Shown here piece by piece: positions 60,199 to 64,000 of a stretch of 64,000 nucleotides of DNA. Within the stretch, counting starts at the first letter, position 1; the number at the start of each line of letters is the position of its first letter. A program made the translations under genes and the position numbers. Under the pieces are notes generated by a model. That model was not told the DNA's origin and made no database searches. It saw only the letters and a list, made by a program, of their open reading frames with translations. Source of the DNA: Giardia intestinalis (Eukaryota); the NCBI GenBank assembly GCA_000002435.2, contig CM018793.1, one strand, 5' to 3'.

Positions 60199-62358
60199 AT
60201 GACTGTTAGACATTCCCTGGAGCAGTACGCCCTGCGGCCTCTGGCGCTCATCGGGATGATCTTTATTGGTGCGCTAGCCTTCTTCTGCCGCCTCATGTCT
60301 GTCATCCGGTATGAAACTGTAATTCATGAATTTGATCCATATTTCCAATACAAATCCACACTCTACCTTAACGAGAAGGGTACCACGGCCTTTCAGGGGT
60401 GGCTGGACACTGATACATGGTATCCCCTGTCTCGCTCAATGCCCATTTCACTCTACCCCGGACTCATGTACACTGCCGAAGCTTTTCTACGCCTGTGCAG
60501 GGCAATAGTGTACACCCCCATTTCTGTTCTTCAAGCTAGTGTGTTCATGGGCCCTGTGATGTCTGTAGTTGGCTCAATCTTTAGCTTCGATATTGGGTAT
60601 ATTATTGATGAATCCCCCAGCACCCAGGTCATGACCGGCCTCTTGACAGCGTTATTCTTTAGCATAATCCCCGGGTTCATTCAAAGATCGGTTGCAGGGA
60701 GCTATGACAACGAGTCGTCTTCCATAACCGCCATGATGGTCATCTTTGACATATGGCTCCGGGCTTGCACTGCAAAACAAGGGAACATTGTGCTTCCGTT
60801 CCTCGCTGCACTTGCATATTTCTATATGGCTGTCTCCTGGGGCGGCTATGTCTTCTTGACCGTCCTTATACCTCTTCACGTGTTTCTGGGGGTATTATCG
60901 GGAATAGCGACACCTCAAACCCTTCTTGCATTCAAAGTCTGGCAAACAGTCGGCCTGCTCTCTATTGGTTTGATCTGGCGCGAGTACTCCGGCACATTCT
61001 CTTCACCAGTGTATCTACCCGGTATAGGCGTGTTCTTTCTTGTTATCTTGTCAGAGTACCGCCAGGTTCTCAAGTCAAAACTGCCAGCAGACACATACAG
61101 CGCTCTAAAGAAACAGGTAGCGGTCTATCTCTGCATCTTGGGAGCCCTAATAACCCCGCTCCTCATTAGAATGGGTCTGATCGGAAAGCTTTCTGGTCGC
61201 CTTCTTTCCTTCATCAACCCTACCTATGCGAAAAGATTCAACCCCATAGTTGCATCAGTGGCAGAACACCAACCAACTGTCTGGTCATCTTTTTATTTTA
61301 ACACAGGGTTTCTGATTGTTACGGTTCCTGTGGCACTCTATTTTTGCATTCTTGTCAATCGAACTGTCCCTACTTTGTTCCTTGCAGCGTACATTGCCAC
61401 AACCATTTGGTTTTCAGCCGTTATGGCCAGGATGATCCTTATTTCATCCCCTGCCGTTTCTGTGTGCGCTGCGTATACGATAAGCAAGGCTTTTGAAACT
61501 ATTGTCAACATGCCTGGCAAACAGAGATTGAGGCGTTCTAGTTCCCAAGATAGATCTAAGGCAAGAGACAAAGACGTTGAAAGCAAGTGGGGGTCACATT
61601 CAGGAGCTGTGAAGAAACTCGTTTCTGTGACTGTGGCAATATTATTGACATTGGTGTTTATAGTTGCATTCATCAAGCACTCTCTCTTCTGCGCAAAAGA
61701 GGTCTATTCATCCCCGTCAATTGTTCTCATCTCTTCTCAGCGTCGAGAGAACGGTAAGGCTGCATATATAGACGACTTTCGCGAGGCATATGCATGGCTG
61801 GAGCACAACACCCATCCAACCGCAAAGGTTGCATCGTGGTGGGACTACGGCTATCAGATAAACCAAATTGGCAACAAGACCACGCTGGCTGATGGCCTTA
61901 CGCGCTCCACCTATTGGATAGGGCTGATAGGGGCAGCTCTGGCGTCTGACGAAGCAACTGCTTGGCGCATTTGTCGAGAGTTGAATATCGATTACATGCT
62001 AATTTTATATGGTGGCATGTCTGGCTATTCCGGTGACGACCTCAACAAATTCATATGGCCGATCCGAATTTCTGGTAATCGCCATTTTGAAGAAACCTAT
62101 CCGTGGATTGCACCTATTCACGAGCACAACTACTACGCAAATGGAGAATACCGCACAGACCATGCCGCGTCCAGCACAATGCTAAAGAGTCTGTTGCTCA
62201 AGCTGTCGTATCACAACGCCCACCAGTTGGGTATGCCAATCGATAGAGCCAGGAATGCACAATTTACACCGTCAACGTTGCAACACTTCGAGGAAGTGTT
62301 CTCTTCTCAGCATTTTATAGTAAGAATATATAAGGTAAAGGATTCGCTGAACTTTTGA
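60199..62358 (+). CDS. STT3: Oligosaccharyltransferase catalytic subunit STT3. The track start at 60124 is a TTG, and the ATG is at about 60199 (MTVRHSLEQYALRPL...).
   Basis: It has the diagnostic WWDYGYQI motif (ASWWDYGYQINQIGNKTTLADG). It has a multi-pass N-terminal transmembrane domain of about 13 helices followed by a C-terminal lumenal domain, which is the STT3/AglB/PglB architecture. The A-rich initiator is GGACAAAAAAACCTTGGATG. Confidence 0.85.
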   Translation: MTVRHSLEQYALRPLALIGMIFIGALAFFCRLMSVIRYETVIHEFDPYFQYKSTLYLNEKGTTAFQGWLDTDTWYPLSRSMPISLYPGLMYTAEAFLRLCRAIVYTPISVLQASVFMGPVMSVVGSIFSFDIGYIIDESPSTQVMTGLLTALFFSIIPGFIQRSVAGSYDNESSSITAMMVIFDIWLRACTAKQGNIVLPFLAALAYFYMAVSWGGYVFLTVLIPLHVFLGVLSGIATPQTLLAFKVWQTVGLLSIGLIWREYSGTFSSPVYLPGIGVFFLVILSEYRQVLKSKLPADTYSALKKQVAVYLCILGALITPLLIRMGLIGKLSGRLLSFINPTYAKRFNPIVASVAEHQPTVWSSFYFNTGFLIVTVPVALYFCILVNRTVPTLFLAAYIATTIWFSAVMARMILISSPAVSVCAAYTISKAFETIVNMPGKQRLRRSSSQDRSKARDKDVESKWGSHSGAVKKLVSVTVAILLTLVFIVAFIKHSLFCAKEVYSSPSIVLISSQRRENGKAAYIDDFREAYAWLEHNTHPTAKVASWWDYGYQINQIGNKTTLADGLTRSTYWIGLIGAALASDEATAWRICRELNIDYMLILYGGMSGYSGDDLNKFIWPIRISGNRHFEETYPWIAPIHEHNYYANGEYRTDHAASSTMLKSLLLKLSYHNAHQLGMPIDRARNAQFTPSTLQHFEEVFSSQHFIVRIYKVKDSLNF

Positions 62359-62376
62359 AGCTCAGGTAAATACAAT

Positions 62377-64000
62377 CTATTGCTTTTCTCCTTGGACCGG
62401 CTGTGTTGTGCATGCCACGGTTGCTGGGTCATCGGGATTAATCAATGCACGCTTTTCGTCGTTTTCTGTACCTTCTACTAACTTAGGATTGCTAAGTTTT
62501 ACGCGTTTCCTATGTATTACCGTTCTTATTACAAGTCCCAGAACGGCGGAGATGATCGCTAGAAGCAAAATGATTATTACTGATGTCACTATCGGAGATT
62601 GGGATTTAGGAGTAGAGTTTTTAAATATTATTAAAGAGGGAACTGTAGTGACAGGCAGCGAATTGTGAGGGACTCCCCTGTGAGGAAGACCCGGCCAGTC
62701 AGAAAAAGTAAACTTAGGAAGGTCATTGTGAGTCCCCAGGGTGGGGCCAAAAATGGCCCAGAAGCTCATGTCGTTGAAGTTATAGTTGGCAACAACCTTG
62801 GCATCTGTGGCACCGAAGGGGGCAGGGTTTTTCCCGCACTCCTCATATGATCGCAGGTCGTACCGTGATGCAATAGCACTACCCGGATCCTTATTGGATG
62901 CACTGTCGGTCTTATAACTGTTATGACGCATAAGAGTTACCATAGACTTACAATTACCAACTCTGGTCCCTTCTCTCATGAAAATAGAATAGCGGGGGCT
63001 TCCCTCGTACGGATCATCGTCATGGAAGTACCCATACTTCCTGACATAAGGATCTGCAGGGACGTTAATACTGACATACAGACCATCGTGGATGAGCTTG
63101 GAAGTGGCATCAAAGGACTTATAGTATCCTGGAACGACCTCCAAGGAAGTCAGTATAACAGGCGAATGAGTCCTTATATAGCTATCACGCTCTCCGCGTG
63201 TCTTGCACATAGAGTTGATTGTATCCAGGATAGCATAATCGGTGATGAGCCAATTGTCATTATATGTATAAGAGATTTTGTTGGTAAAAACCTCTGGCCA
63301 ATTGGCAGCCGATGAGGCTATTAGGTTTGCTGCCATAGCTCTAGACCATGTCAGAACAGAGGTGTTACTGGCTCGTGATATAGCGGAAAGTGCTGCTGTA
63401 GTATTCATGATGTTGTAGGATGTTTCTATGACTGAAAACTTGATAGGGTGCCCGGTTGTTTTTTCTGTCCCCTTAACGATATAGAAATCGTCAACAGAGG
63501 AAACAAAGCCAGGATACGAGCTGAAGCTAATTTGCTGTGCAGTTGTGTTGAGGGTCTGGAAATTGAAATCATAAATCTTCATCACACGCAAGAAACCAAA
63601 TCCCCAGGATGTCCACGTGGCATGCCCTGTGAAGATTTCATCTAAATCGTCTGCTATTCTCACACACCCGCTGCAATGTGAATAGAGCTGTTCTGCAGCT
63701 CTGTGCTCAATGGATTGGATGACTGTTTCATTGTCACCATAAAGAAGGAGCTCTAGACCTATTTCCCAGTCACCTATTGACGAGAGCATGTAAAACTCGT
63801 CTTCCGATATGTCAATCAGCTTCAGAGACGGATTATCAATACTATAGCGCATGTATCCTGCGTGAAGACCACTTATGTACCTGTCACTCATCAGATACGT
63901 TGCCACCCAGAAGGGCTCGAGTCCGTGGGTGTGATAGTTGTGCACAATGCGGGCTCTGCTTTCGGATGCATACTCTCGGAACTTACTCGGCCAATTGCCG
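62377..64000 (-). CDS. Partial phospholipase-B-like (PLBD/LAMA family) candidate with a C-terminal transmembrane anchor. The N-terminus lies beyond the window end.
   Basis: The reading frame stays open from the track start, a GTG at 63945, to the window edge. The soluble domain of about 480 aa is followed by a hydrophobic helix (IVTSVIIILLLAIISAVLGLVI) and a basic/acidic tail. The family assignment rests on overall resemblance only, not on a verified motif. Confidence 0.4.
   Translation of the reverse strand, partial: GNWPSKFREYASESRARIVHNYHTHGLEPFWVATYLMSDRYISGLHAGYMRYSIDNPSLKLIDISEDEFYMLSSIGDWEIGLELLLYGDNETVIQSIEHRAAEQLYSHCSGCVRIADDLDEIFTGHATWTSWGFGFLRVMKIYDFNFQTLNTTAQQISFSSYPGFVSSVDDFYIVKGTEKTTGHPIKFSVIETSYNIMNTTAALSAISRASNTSVLTWSRAMAANLIASSAANWPEVFTNKISYTYNDNWLITDYAILDTINSMCKTRGERDSYIRTHSPVILTSLEVVPGYYKSFDATSKLIHDGLYVSINVPADPYVRKYGYFHDDDPYEGSPRYSIFMREGTRVGNCKSMVTLMRHNSYKTDSASNKDPGSAIASRYDLRSYEECGKNPAPFGATDAKVVANYNFNDMSFWAIFGPTLGTHNDLPKFTFSDWPGLPHRGVPHNSLPVTTVPSLIIFKNSTPKSQSPIVTSVIIILLLAIISAVLGLVIRTVIHRKRVKLSNPKLVEGTENDEKRALINPDDPATVACTTQPVQGEKQ

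Noticed and set aside
1828-63945. Track ORF starts at 1828, 10613 (end 11476), 28240, 46334 (end 48121), 48532, 52893 (end 55247), 58662, 60124 and 62377 (end 63945).
   Set aside because: These begin at TTG or GTG codons, checked by hand. For a eukaryote I moved the starts to the first plausible in-frame ATG, often one with an AT-rich initiator or a signal peptide, as for the VSP and the 46334 gene.
1-64000. CRISPR arrays, prokaryotic IS elements, rRNA operons and tRNAs.
   Set aside because: The sequence is eukaryotic (Giardia). I saw no direct-repeat/spacer arrays, no rRNA-like sequence, and no convincing tRNA cloverleaf with GTTCGA T-loop motifs in the intergenic regions, though I could not scan exhaustively by eye.
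1-64000. Spliceosomal introns.
   Set aside because: All genes are long uninterrupted ORFs. Giardia has only a handful of introns, and no gene here needs one to restore an ORF.

Overview
The window is gene-dense, has no visible introns, is about 50% GC, and is protist-like. I assign it to Giardia intestinalis (a diplomonad) on sequence evidence alone. One minus-strand ORF ends in the canonical Giardia variant-specific surface protein (VSP) tail ...GFLCWWFMCRGKA immediately before its stop, and it contains a GGCY motif. Two further cysteine-rich membrane proteins have CXXC/CXC modules, GGCY motifs and a CWWF membrane anchor with a basic tail, as in Giardia high-cysteine membrane proteins (HCMPs). 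Short AT-rich initiator elements abut several ATGs. AGTRAAY-type polyadenylation signals (AGTAAAT, AGTGAAT, AGTAAAC) lie 0 to 22 nt after several stops. Intergenic spacers are very short and genes touch or overlap. Recognisable housekeeping genes are a 26S proteasome AAA-ATPase subunit, a SEC11-type signal peptidase, two WD40 proteins, and STT3 oligosaccharyltransferase (WWDYGYQI motif). A partial gene at the right edge is a possible phospholipase-B-like protein. The rest are large hypothetical proteins, including two divergent giant genes of 3044 and 2760 aa. The most unusual non-genic feature is a roughly 70% GC island of about 0.3 to 0.8 kb with no stop codons on either strand. It sits in the 1.8 kb spacer between the convergently oriented VSP and the downstream HCMP. 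This is a eukaryotic window, so I found no CRISPR, rRNA or prokaryotic mobile elements, and I recognised no tRNA. Many ORFs in the supplied track begin at TTG or GTG; for those I moved the start to the first plausible in-frame ATG and say so per feature. My own position counts disagreed with the track by 1 nt in a few places, so coordinates I derived myself are accurate to about 2 nt.
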